Source: Cirrosporium novae-zelandiae (Eukaryota). Taken from it: a stretch of DNA of 64,000 nt. The notes under the pieces were generated by a model, which had not been told where the DNA came from, did no database searches, and saw only the letters and a program-made list of their open reading frames with translations. Location of the stretch: positions 1 to 64,000 of the forward strand of contig JAPETS010000060.1 of NCBI GenBank assembly GCA_026023565.1, in the 5' to 3' direction. Shown here in pieces: positions 34,611-46,857 of the stretch. A program made the position numbers and the translations under genes. Positions within the stretch are counted from its first letter, which is position 1; each line of letters starts with the position of its first letter.

Positions 34611-35505
34611 CGAGGATTGGTGCCATCTATCATTATCTTTTGACTTAAAGACCATGATTTAGGAAGAACCTCAAAATTATGATTTTGCATATATTTGTGC
34701 GGATATATTCTCATACATATTATTATTATTATTGTTTAAGCTGGTCTGCTACTTTCTGTTCTGTATCAAGCGTCGGCGCTTTAGGGTTATATTTAAGCCA
34801 AGCTTTATTGTTTATTTTATTTTGGTGGGACCATCTATATTGGTGGATATTTTTGTTGAATTTGGAGATGTTGGATAAGCATGCCCTCCTTTTCATCCTC
34901 TACATGCAATCTGGAACCATTGGGAATATCAAGCGGAAAATTCATACCTGGCGCAATGACTGGGAGTCAAGAAAACGAATGACAGTAGTTTTCTGGTTGG
35001 TTGGAAGGGTCAATGATGGGCATGAGACATCCAATGGAATTGTCTTTGGTACTTGAAGAGGATCGACTTGTACGATATTTATTTAGAAGAAATATTCGAA
35101 ACGTGGATGCAATGAAAGGCATATCTAATCTACAAGTATGCACATGATGATGACTATGTAAAGTGCAGGCATTAGGGTCAATAAGCAGCAAGGACTTTAT
35201 TCACCCTAGCACCCTAGTAACCACTTGGATGAGCGAGGTATCTAAATGATAGATGATAGGTCAGATAATAGATTGTAATTATACCCATCTGATTATCTTC
35301 ATGTTTCGATTCGAGCAACCCCCCCCCCCCAGTCCAGCTTCTGATGATGATGCAACAATCTCCAAAACCAATTTACTCATTGCTTGAATTCTTTTCTGCT
35401 CTGATGTTGCCAACTAATTTCCATTTGGGCACTCTCGCAGGCCCAACTTACAAAACCCCACCACTATACCACCACCAATAACGCATCTCGTCATTCCCGA
35501 CAACA

Positions 35506-37496
35506 ATGCTTTCACCTCACTCAAGTTCTGATCCTCGCTCCTCATCCACCCAATCTCTCGTCTCCTCACCCCTTGAGACTGTTCCAAATAGACGCACTCT
35601 CCTTTTAATTTACATTCATGGTTTTCTGGGAAATGAAACAAGCTTCAAAAGCTTCCCGGCGCATGTGCATAATGTCTTGGCCATGACGCTGGGGGATAGA
35701 TATACTGTACATACCAAGATCTATCCAAGATACAAGAGTAGGAAACCCATTGAGATTGCAAGTAGTGATTTTAGTAAATGGTGAGTCGTTTGTTTGCTTC
35801 CTACCCGTAATAGGCACCAATATACCAGTAGGAACTTTACATCAAGATAAACCTCATTTCAACCAAAAATTTAGTTATCGGTGGTTAGAAGCAAATTGTT
35901 ATTGCCAACACTATTGCTAACTCCTTTCTCCCCAGGTTGGCCCCTCATGAATCCCCCGCCACCGACATCATCCTGCTGGGCCACAGTATGGGCGGCCTTC
36001 TCTCCGCCGAAGTTGCCCTCCTTCGCTCTCCTCCTCCCTACAACAATTCCAATCCCTTCCGCCATCGCATTATCGGAACCATAAATTTTGATACGCCGTT
36101 CTGTGGGCTTCATCCAGGAATCATCGTCAGCGGACTCAGTAGTCTCTTTCGGGGAAAAGAAACGGGAAAGAATAATGGAAAAGAGGGGACGAGGGAGAAT
36201 AGAAACAGCAGTGAATATGGGGGGAGCTCCGAAAGTTTGCAAATCAATGAACTGGTGGGAGTCTCGCCATCTCCACCATCTTACTCTTCACTATCTGCTA
36301 CACCCCCACCACTTCCACCTCGTCGACCAGCTTCCCAACCACCCGCCTCATTCCCCCCTCCACCTCCTACACCGATACATCTTCTCCATCCAGATCCAAC
36401 ATACAATCCTGCCTTTAACAATGATGTTTACCTTCCTAGACCCCGTGGTTTTATTCCTGGGGCTCTCCATTTTCTTCGCAAACACCGCGATACTCATGAT
36501 GTGCGTTCTGCAACAAAGAGCTATGTCATTGATCATTTACAATTCGGAGGATGTCTAGCAGACTGGAGGGGGCTAAAAGACCGATGGAAGGCAATTAGAA
36601 CTTTGGAGGAGGAAGAGACGATGCGGAGGGGTGGTTGGCCAAGACGGAGGTTTATCAATTATTATACTACTTGTAACGGGAGACGGAAACGGCCGAAGAA
36701 AGAGAATAATGAAGCGAGAGATGCAGGGAGAGATGCAGGAAAAGATACTATGAATGAGGAGCAGAGTAATCAAGAGGAAAAGAGATATGACGAGATAGTT
36801 GAGGGAGATGTCAATGGAGAAAAACGGCCGATGAACAATAACATCCCTGCTGCTGGAGAGTCTACTATTCAGATATCTATTGACGAAGATGATACAACCC
36901 TAGCTCCAACATCTTCCGTTCTATCTTTACAGTCTGACTCTATCTCCATGTCATCAAACCCCGAATTTGACACCCTTAGTTCGGTCACAACACTCAATGA
37001 AACCCTTCCCGACATTGAAACAAACACCATGACCAACGTATCAAAGTCTTCCACTAACATATCTGAACCCCTCACCACAACCGCCTCGTCCGCTTCAGTA
37101 ACCACCACCAATTATGCCGATTCCGAAGCCACCTCTCATAGCACATGTACATCAGCACCTTCGACCATAGAAACCGAATCCTCGATTTCGTCTACCACCA
37201 AAGCAAAAGCCAAGAAGCCCCCCAAGAAGCGAAAATTCTGTCTCCTGCCGCCCACCAATCCTCACGATCCAACCTGGTTCAACATCGACATGGGCAACGT
37301 GAGCGAGGTTGGCGCGCACTGCGGGCTGTTCATCTACTCAACAGCTCAGGACCCCAAGCAGGAGGTTGAGCTCGAGAGGGACGAGGATGGGGTTGTGGAT
37401 GAGGAGGGGATAAGGATGCGGTATGAGAGGCTGGTGAGTGAGGTCGTGGAGAGAGTGGAGGGATGGGTGGCTGGATATGATCCGAGGATGGGGTAG
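35506..37496 (+). CDS. DUF676/putative lipase-like alpha/beta hydrolase, 2 exons
   Basis: LLLIYIHGFLGNETSF..FP, YPRYKSR, intron near 35781-35936, IILLGHSMGG, GTINFDTPFCGLHP, HLQFGGCLAD, RKFCLLP, VSEVGAHCGLF. Confidence 0.88.
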
Positions 37497-37879
37497 AGTT
37501 CAGCATGTATGCATGAGATTCGCTGTCCTAGTTTCCCATGCCGCTCTCAAGCTACTAGATAACTAGACGGCATGCGATAACTATCTATCCCCTCTCACAC
37601 GACTTACCTCCATCTATACTCCCCATCTCCCACCCCCTCCCACTCCCCTCCTCTTTCTTCCAAGACTCTTCCACCAAATTCAAGCCTAGAACGACCAATG
37701 AATGAATAAATAAATAAATAAATAAATAGGATAAACAGATTAACCAATCGATCCAAACCCACCATCTCGACCAAGGAAATATTAATTCCTCCTTTCTCTT
37801 CTTCTTCCCTTTTATCATTTTCTTTTCTTTTCTTTTCCCTCCCTTTCTCTTCTCTATTTTATCCCAGGCGTTTAAACAC

Positions 37880-38106
37880 CTCAGACTCAGACTCAGACTC
37901 AGGCTCGAGCGTGAGCGGGAGACGGGGGGACTAGGACACTTGACCTATCTATCTATCCATCCATCCAACGAAACAATTCGGATACATGGACATGGACATG
38001 GACATGGAAATGAGATAGAAGATATAACCAGTTGATTGAGCCATATATCTTGTATCTTATATCTTATAACAAACAAACCAACAAACAAACAAACAAACAA
38101 ACAAAC
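37880..38106. repeat. Cluster of microsatellites: (CTCAGA)n, (CTAT/CCAT)n, (GGACAT)n, (CAAA)n
   Basis: Read directly at about 37880-37901, 37945-37966, 37980-38007 and 38068-38106. Confidence 0.85.
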
Positions 38107-38636
38107 ATACATATCCTCATCTTCTCAGCCCCCCACCAACCAACCAACCATCTAACGGCTTAGGGGGGGGGAGATAATTAGTCAAACTCAGATAATAAAA
38201 TCACCAATTAAAACAATTTTTTTTTAAATTACCTTCAAGCGGCATTATTGCTTGAGTATAGGAACTTGTGAGAGGGGGCGCTTCTCTAGACAAATATTTA
38301 GTCTATAAATATGGGAACCCCCATCTCATCATCTAGTAGTAGATGATTTTCTTACTGGACTTGTTTTTTTTCATTACATGCTTGTTCATGTAGATAGATT
38401 TCCTTGGAAAATGAAAAATAGGGAATTCCTGACCACTCTTTTGCTCACTATTAATCAATTACCCTTTTCCTAGGATGCTAACGCTTTTCCTTCTACTGAG
38501 CTTACGGATCAGTTCCACTACACCCACCACTAAGACAAATTATGTCATTAATATTTTTTGCATTGAAGTCTATAAAAGTCCCTGAGAACACTACTTTACT
38601 TTAAAACGCTTAACCCCTCTTTAACCCATCCCATTA

Positions 38637-40561
38637 TCACTTATCGTCGCAAATCGAATCTATTTCCCCTATCGATTGAAACTGCATAGCACTATTTCCC
38701 CTACCAAATACAATCGCGTTTCCGTCTTCCGAGCTGTAGGGCTTCCAGTCCTGTTTGGGGAGACCTTCGATGGGGTCTTTTATAAATTCGAGCCATAGAT
38801 CTGTGTGATGGTTGGTTGGATGAGGATAAAGGGGAAGGTAGATAGATAAAAAACGAACCTTGCATGGTATGACTTGTACAATATTCGAAAGGAGTGGAAT
38901 CCACATCGGCATCAGAATGCGAGCCGAAGAGAAGGGGAAGTTCCGCTAGATGAAAGCATATTAATAAGCTTTTCTGGGCAATGCCGAAGGATGGGGTAGG
39001 TTGAGACACTCACAGGAATGATAGGCACCCATCCATGGGAGCGGCGAAATGTTGGTAAAGTTGCCATCGTAGACGTATCGGAATGTTGGCCTTCCTGCAG
39101 CTTCCCGAAGTCTATTTAAGGTTAGTAGTGATTGGACTTCAATGGATCATTCCGACGGACCTTGATGACTTTACTGCTGGACAGAGAAACATGTCTCGAG
39201 CCTTCGTAGTAGATGTGTCTTGGTTAGGGCCATCCGGGGAATATGGAGCAAGCGCAGAGCCTTCATTCGACGTTGTCCCAATGATGGCAGGAAGGGAAGT
39301 AAACTTCTCATCCTTATACTGTTTCGTATAATCTGAGAAAACAAGGGCCTCATCTGGTATTGGGATGAAAGATAACTTGGGGCTGGATCCACCAAGATGA
39401 AGCTTTTCGTTCTTTTGCAGGAACGACTCTATCTGTTCCTGGGGAATCTTTCGCATGCAACCGAGTTCAGCTTCCGCATCTTTGCTGGCGCATCCAAGGT
39501 TCTCGGCTACGAAAGAGAAGTTTGCTTGGACATGATCTTCGGACTTGAGGGGCAACAGTGCCGAGCCGGAATCCATGATAAAGCCACTGACGATGGGATC
39601 TTGAGGGAAAGCAAAGTTCTGAATATCGACCGAGGAGGCACCGGCAGATTGACCCCAGAGGACTATCCGAGCAGGATCTCCTCCAAATTTGGCAATATTG
39701 TCACGTACCCATTCAAGACTAAAGATTGTTAGCGGTTCGTGAGAAGAAATGTTTCGCTTAAAAGTGAGCTAGGAGTATTTTTAACTATGCAGGCAGGATG
39801 ATCATATACTCCTTCAGGAGTATTCTCATATGACAGATTCCCTTGATAAGATGTGCCGCTCAAATGAAACGAGTGGGGTATATGAATTTGACTAACCCTA
39901 AGCGTTGATCCAAGAAGCCAAGGTTCTGATCCTTGAGTCCTCGAGCATTGGGAAAACCAAAGATATTCAAACGATAACTAGCGAATCAATTCATTGGCAT
40001 TGACTTTCATATTGTGGATGGGATAACGTACTTTATTTGAACGACAATATGGTTCTGTGACCGCTGGACCCATTTCGAAGGTATTTGATATGTGGTATTT
40101 CCACCACCGTTGGTAAAAGCACCACCATAGATCCACACTAAGACGGGAAGACCAGAACTTCCACGTTGTTGATGCTTTCTCACTGGAGTCCAAATACTCA
40201 GGAATAGACAATCCTCCGAAGTTTCACCAGAAACAATTAACTCTTGAACATCTCTAGAATACACAGATGGAATAGAACTCTGAAACTGAGGGCATGATGG
40301 AGAAAAGGATGTTGCGTTGATAGGTTCGGCTGGTCTCTTTGGCTTTGGTGGTTGCCAGCGTAAGTCTTCTATTGGAGGCTCTGCAAATGGAATGCCTAGA
40401 AATTGTCGGACCCCAGGAGTGCTGTATTCAATAAAGCCCTTCACCTCTCCGCTTGTAGTGTGTATATCCAGTAAGTAATCATAAGTAATAGTTATATACA
40501 AATAAGAACCAATAGCTACAAAGACAGCAAGATAATAATAAAAAATCCTAGGAACAATCAT
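38637..40561 (-). CDS. Carboxylesterase type B (COesterase family), multi-exon
   Basis: FLGIPFAEPP..LRW, SEDCLFL, PVLVWIYGGAF, YRLNIFGFP, NLGFLDQR, NIAKFGGDP, LWGQSAG (catalytic Ser), GTTSNEG, GAYHS|ELPLLFG; hydrophobic N-terminus. Confidence 0.95.
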
Positions 40562-41614
40562 TGTGAAGAAAAAAAGCCAACAAGACTAGGATTGAATAAC
40601 AAGGGGGGGGGAGGTTCGATGGGGCTTCTAGAAGATGAAGGGAGGGTAGGGAAGATATATATAGCAAGACTTTAATAATCGGTGTGGAGAAGAAGAGCGT
40701 AATAGTTAGAAATAGTCAAGAGCGGAGCAAATATTTCCCAAGGTAGATGATTACGATTGGGAAAGGGGGTTAAATAAAAGTAGGCACCACCAAGGAGGTA
40801 GGTCAGTTTGCTTCATCTGTGAGCTGTTTTCGGGGAACGGTGAAGCATCTTTCTGCATGTCTGTGGAGTAAGGTGTTACGTATCTATTTAATCGAGGTGA
40901 TGGCAACACAGTATATTGTTAAAAAGGCTTGCTTCTCTCTGTTGGAAGATTAATTTTTGAGATAATAATCCACTTGGAATTGATGGTTTCTGATTCAATT
41001 TTCCACCAAGGTCGGTTCGGGGGGGGGGGGGGTTGAGTTGACGTTGCATCAAATCAAATGGGAGGTTAGCATGTGAAAGTGGAAAGTGGAAAGTGGAAAG
41101 TGGTGAGTGGTGAGTGGTACATTGCGGATTAAACTGCTCCCTCGTCAGACATTCCCACCTTTCCTTTTCCATCTTGGACAACATCACCTCCTTCTCATTA
41201 ACCCCTTGTCCTTTTTACTTACTCTCCCATCAATACCAATAACATGAGCAATAAGATCTTACCGATTACTCAGATAACCTTTGGTGCCATTTCCAGACAC
41301 AGAGATCTGCACTCGACCATAACCCCCGAGAGCAATCACCTACTAATTAGCTCTTAAGTCTTCCGGTCTTGGTGCTTCTCATTTAGCAAACAACGACCAT
41401 GTTCCTGGATTCGGTTCGGAGAAAGGTTTTCCATCAGCAGGCTTGAATTGAACTTGAACCTTATGTTGACAAGGATGCAGCCCTATAACCTTCTGCTAGG
41501 TCCGATCGGAACTCGTTCATATTCGCACTTTATCACAAGCAAGCTCTGGAATAAGAAAATCACTTCTTGTATCAAGTCAAATGTGCTAAAAGTCGAGCAG
41601 AAAATAGCAAACTT

Positions 41615-41666
41615 ATGTCTGCCATAACCTAAGGGCGACATGCGGATAATAAAATGAATCATCATC
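41615..41666 (+). mobile_element. Ultra-short retroposon-like element, copy 3
   Basis: atgtctgccataacctaagggcgacatgcggataataaaatgaatcatcatc, flanked by 12-bp direct repeats aatagcaaactt (41603-41614) and aataacaaactt (41667-41678). Confidence 0.78.
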
Positions 41667-42616
41667 AATAACAAACTTTCCGAACCCTTTCCTTCAGTTC
41701 AGCCACGTCTCGCTGTTTATACAACCTCAATGATTTTGCAAACCAAAGGTGGATTAAGAACCATGAACGGGGTAGGAGATCTTTATACTCGCCGATAATT
41801 CATGAATCACGGACATGTACCTACTCCTACGGCGTTTGCGCAGCTATGACCAAAAGATTGCTGAAACCACCCTGAAAACCCTAAGGTCTGATGGATATGC
41901 TTGACGAATTGACGATGGGGAAGGACGACAGCAAATTGAGCATATAGCCAGGACAAGAGACCATTGTATCTGAATCTAAGATTAGGGCGCAATATTATCT
42001 GCCGTTAACCGTTGTGGTACAAGCCTGCATAATTCCATTGTATTGTTCTAGTACACTGTTGCTAGACTTCCATGATTGATAAGTGTGCTGATGGTATCGA
42101 AGTATCGTGCAGAGTAGGAGTTATTAAAGGATCCCCTACACAAGATAGTGATTTTCATACAAAAATTCCCAATAAAAGCTAACGATCGAACTAATGACTC
42201 CCCATTTGAGAGCCAGGCAACTATCAATTACAATGTGAAGTTTAGGAGCTGTTAAACAATATCTAATACCAGTGTTAATGGCTATCATCGAGATGGCACC
42301 TTCCGCGCTGGTACCTACTGTTACTGCTCATCTCCGACTTTGAGATAAGAATTGGAATACTTCCTCTATATGACGATTCATTGATACTTTTGTTATCAGC
42401 ATCCCCACGATGATCAATCTCCAACCGAGATGCTTATCTAACATACAGGGATACTAGTAAGATGGGGTAAGATGGTATTCACCGCGCAACCACAGCTCTT
42501 TGTTCTTCAGGTTATATTTACCTGGGAGGACCGGACCAAGGAAGCCCAGGTGTATTGCAGACAGCAGTTGTTTTCTGTGATATGTGAAGAACTGTGACTC
42601 TATCCAATCCCTCGAC

Positions 42617-44997
42617 ATGGCCTCAACCGGCAACATCAGAGTCACCCAGCGAGCACCTCAATCATGTCAACAATGTTCAACTAAGAAAATGAGATGCTCC
42701 AAGCAGATTCCATGCAGCAATTGTATCCGTCGTGGAATAGCCAATCAATGCCAAAGAGAATCAGTTATCGTATCCAAACGACATTCAAGACCATCAACGT
42801 CGAAAAGATCGAGGAACAAGGACTTAGATCATGCCACGCGATCGAACAAAAATTGCAAGGCTGTCTCTGGCATTGATAGAGGATTGGAAAACGATGCAAC
42901 TCCAAAGAATCCAAGGAATAAGGATGTGCAATTTGTGCTTTCATCACCCGGGAACTCCGCTTCTCCAATAAACCCAGTTGAGCCTTATAGCCACCTCATA
43001 GATGCGCATAAGGACTTGCAACGATCATTCCAAACTTCGAATCCACCTTGTAGCAATGATCAACGTGCTTTAGTCCACACCTATAGTGGTGAAACCCTAG
43101 CTACTGAAGCTGCTGTTTCTCTCGAATCTTTTGCGTGGGGCCGCCACCGGGATGTTAACAAGCCCCTCCTGGTGGCAACAGGTAACCCTATCTTTATACC
43201 TGGAGCTTCGGGCATCATTTCGCAAGAACAAGCAAACACGATTCTCGATTTCCATAAAAACTATGTTGCTTGGATGCACAATGTCATCCATATGCCATCT
43301 TTTCTTCAAGGATGCATTGCAATGGAACAAAACCGACTCGTCCAAGATAATGCATGGATGAGCCTCTACTTTGCGGTATTATGTGTAGGTCCTACTACTA
43401 TATATCACTAGGCAGCCCTGACTGTTATAGACTGGGGTTCATTACATGAGCTGGGAGGAACGGCGAAATCTAGGAATTCATAACGGGCATGCTGTTTCAA
43501 AAAGCTTGTATCAAAAGACTTTGGACATGCTTGCTGAAGCTGATTTCATGGCCGTACCTTCAAGTATGTCAAATTAGTCATTGGTATAGCTACTTGCTAA
43601 CCAGCATACGACTTCAGTCTATTCGTTACAAGCGATTTGCGTAATTCTTCTTTGCGCTCACAGCTTCGGGTGAGTTATCATCTCCAATTTCTAGTTTATA
43701 AACACGTCGGCACCCTCACGCTTGAACGGTCACACATAATTCATGGAATCCTGTCTCCTTGAGTGTTCGTAGTGTTTGTTGTTCACAGATCACTGCGAAG
43801 TACCCCCAACGTCCTCATTCGTGCCATACTATACGTTCTGCTCTGTACGCAGACGAGGTTTCTGATTACTAGAGCAGGGAAGCGAAGCGTATTATGGTTC
43901 TCCTGTCCTCTGCCACAAGTATCGCTCAAGATATGAACCTACATCGCCTTGGCCCCAACCGGTTCAATCTTCTACCTTTTGAGCAGGTCGTCAATCGAGA
44001 GATTGGCAAACGAATTTGGTGTTTTCTTAGCACGCAAGATTGGTTCCTAATCCCTTTCAAAAATTGTTATTCTATTTTCCCTAACCACAATACTACTCCC
44101 TTGCCGGCAAACTGTCCAGATGACGCTCGAATAATCTGCAAGGGTCAAATACGCGATTTACCCATAACTATCCCAACGCAGAGTAGTCACTCGATATTCC
44201 TTTATAAAGTTGCTGACATATCAAGATCTTTCTTTGATCGAACACGTCGCGTTGATGGTACACGAGGTTCAATTGCGGATTTATACGACGAAGTACTCGA
44301 GGCCGATAACGAAATGGAGAGTTTAGCAAGGAACTTGCCAAGCTGGATCCGCCCCGGGAAACAATCCAGTAGTGACTGGCCTCCTTCTATATTCTTACAA
44401 CGACACACTTTCGAAATTTCATTTGCTCATAAAAGGATTATAATTCATCAAGCTTTCTTCTGTCAAAGTCTAAAAGATAAGAGATATTTCTATACTCGAA
44501 TCGTTTGCCTTGATGCTGCCCGAACGATCCTGCAAAGATATTGCAATTCTCCTGATAAACGACTGCATGAATGCTGGACTATACTGGCACATGTTCTTAG
44601 TGGTGCAATTATTCTTACTCTCAATATTTTGTTCTCCAACGACGAATCCAACAGGTCTGCAGGTGACTTGGAACTAGTATCCACTTGCTTAGGATTGTTG
44701 GAGGACTCTGTTCGGCTAAGTGTGATCTCTAAGCGTAAAGTGAGAATATTAAATCACCTTCTTAAGCAGGAACCATTATACGCAAAAAGGCAGTTTTTTG
44801 AGCTTCAAGAGATTGTCCAATTGATGAAGGACATGGGACGTATAATGGGCGAAGAAGGCCATGCACTCAACTTAGACTTTAATACCGTGGACGATGTCTT
44901 CCTTAATATGTTCAATCTATATCCTCAAGAGATCTTCAATAATAACTTGCTTCATGTGAATTTGGAGGATCAGCCGAAAGTTGGCGTGGCTGTCTAG
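42617..44997 (+). CDS. Zn(II)2Cys6 transcription factor with fungal-specific TF middle domain, multi-exon
   Basis: SCQQCSTKKMRCSKQIPCSNCIRRGIANQC, WMHNVIHMPSF, YSLQAIC, AQDMNLHRLG, REIGKRIWCFLSTQDW, TPLPAN; GT-AG introns between 43384 and 43880. Confidence 0.93.
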
Positions 44998-46857
44998 GAC
45001 ACAGAGGGGAAACCTGAAAACTGATTTCTCCGAGGGCGAGATGAAGGAAAAACTGGTCGGTGTAAGCTATAAAGGTACCACCAGGTTGACCTCTTTGCAT
45101 TCCTGGAAACTACCAAAGCAGGCTAAAAGTGCCTCGTCTTTCGTCGTCGTCGAGCTCAGTATCACAACAACCATTCTCAGACCCTTGGTCGTCGATGTCT
45201 CAAACGTCATTCAACAGTTATCGATAAAGCAATCTGCGCAGACCTGTACATTCTGTTGCCCCTTACTACTCGTTCAAGCTTGGAGGACTGGTTCAGCGCT
45301 GAGAGCTATGCTGGTGCCGCCCAGGTCGTACAACCCACCACCCAGAGAACTTGACCGAGTTTTGCCCACACCAGGAACACAATGCTCGAATCCACCGGAA
45401 TAACTAATTGGATGGTGTGAGCCTACCTCCTCTACTGCTTCGTGCAGTCCTCGTTCCTCTTGATCCTAACCCCCGGAATTGGCCGCGTGGTTTTGTGGTT
45501 TCGTGGGTCTGTGGTTGTGTATTGGGTTTTGAATGTCGTTGTTCTAGCTCAGAGAAACTGGTCTCTAGGACGACTTTGGGTGGTCGTTGGTGGGGTTGAG
45601 GTTGGCGATGGCGATGGTGATGCTGTGGATGGGGAGGTGGAAGTAGAGAAAGGAAAAGCGAAGGAGGGGATGGTGTGGGAGAGAGATAGGTGGGTATATC
45701 GTACGTATTATTAGGTTTCTATGAATGTGACTATCGCGCGGACCAGAATATAGACAACAGGCAACCTTGAGACGGCTGCTGGGTAGTATTTTCCCTATCT
45801 TGTACGTCTTACTGGAGCTCTCCCTAAATGATACATCATATTCCCACATGACTAGAGCTGTTACATGGTTACCCACTTTCGACTTGCCAAGGGAATCCGT
45901 TCGAATTGCTTTTCAACCAGAACCCCATCTAATCTCTCATCCCTACCCCCCCCGCTCCGCCTTGAGATTTCTCCTTAAATATGATATTCCTAGCCGTGGT
46001 AGGCCGCTCGTACGAAATGTACCTACCACTACTTTAAAAGTATTCGGACCGGCATCTGACCTCACACATATCATAAAAAATATTCGTCATCTCAGCCCTC
46101 CGTCTTGGTAGACTATTCTTTAGACACTACGGGCTGTATGTATTATCGCATTGTCGAATGCTTCTTGGGGTTCGTTGAAACAAGGCACATTATCACGGCT
46201 ATCTCGGGATATAGAGTCTGGGCATCAGCATATCTTGGAAGGGACTGTCGGAATGATCAAGGATATAAATAGAGTTCGAACTATGAATGCAATGCTGAGA
46301 AGATTCTAGAAGTATAAGTGTTAGCCTTTCCGGAAAGCTCTTTGTTTCCTAGGTTTTCTAGATACCTAGGCATGATGATGATTAGTTGACTACTACCAAG
46401 TAGTACAGTACAATGGCAGTCTCGGCCTCGCACGATGATATCGGAACGTCGGAAAATCGGAAAAAAAAGAAAGCCGCGGCCCGCTGATGACGTCGTTAGT
46501 ATCATGGCAATCGATCCACGACCCGGTTTGCTGGAGCCAACAACCAACACCAAAAAAACGCCAGTCATCAACCAGTTAAATATCTAGTTCAAATCAACAT
46601 CTGGCCACTCACTGTCACTGTTGTTCAATATAGGTCTTGGACTTTTGCATTGCGTCCCTGACAGTTCCTAAATAGATGATTACTTACAAGACTCTCTTCT
46701 CTCCCAAAACTTCTGCCTAGAATCACTCCTTGCAGTTCAATCCACAATAGTTTTAACGCACTGCGCCAAGCCCTTGGATTCTTGGAATCCTTTTCAATCC
46801 CCAAAGACAGATTCAGACTGCATTACCGCTAATATCCATGCCAACGTTAGTATAGCA

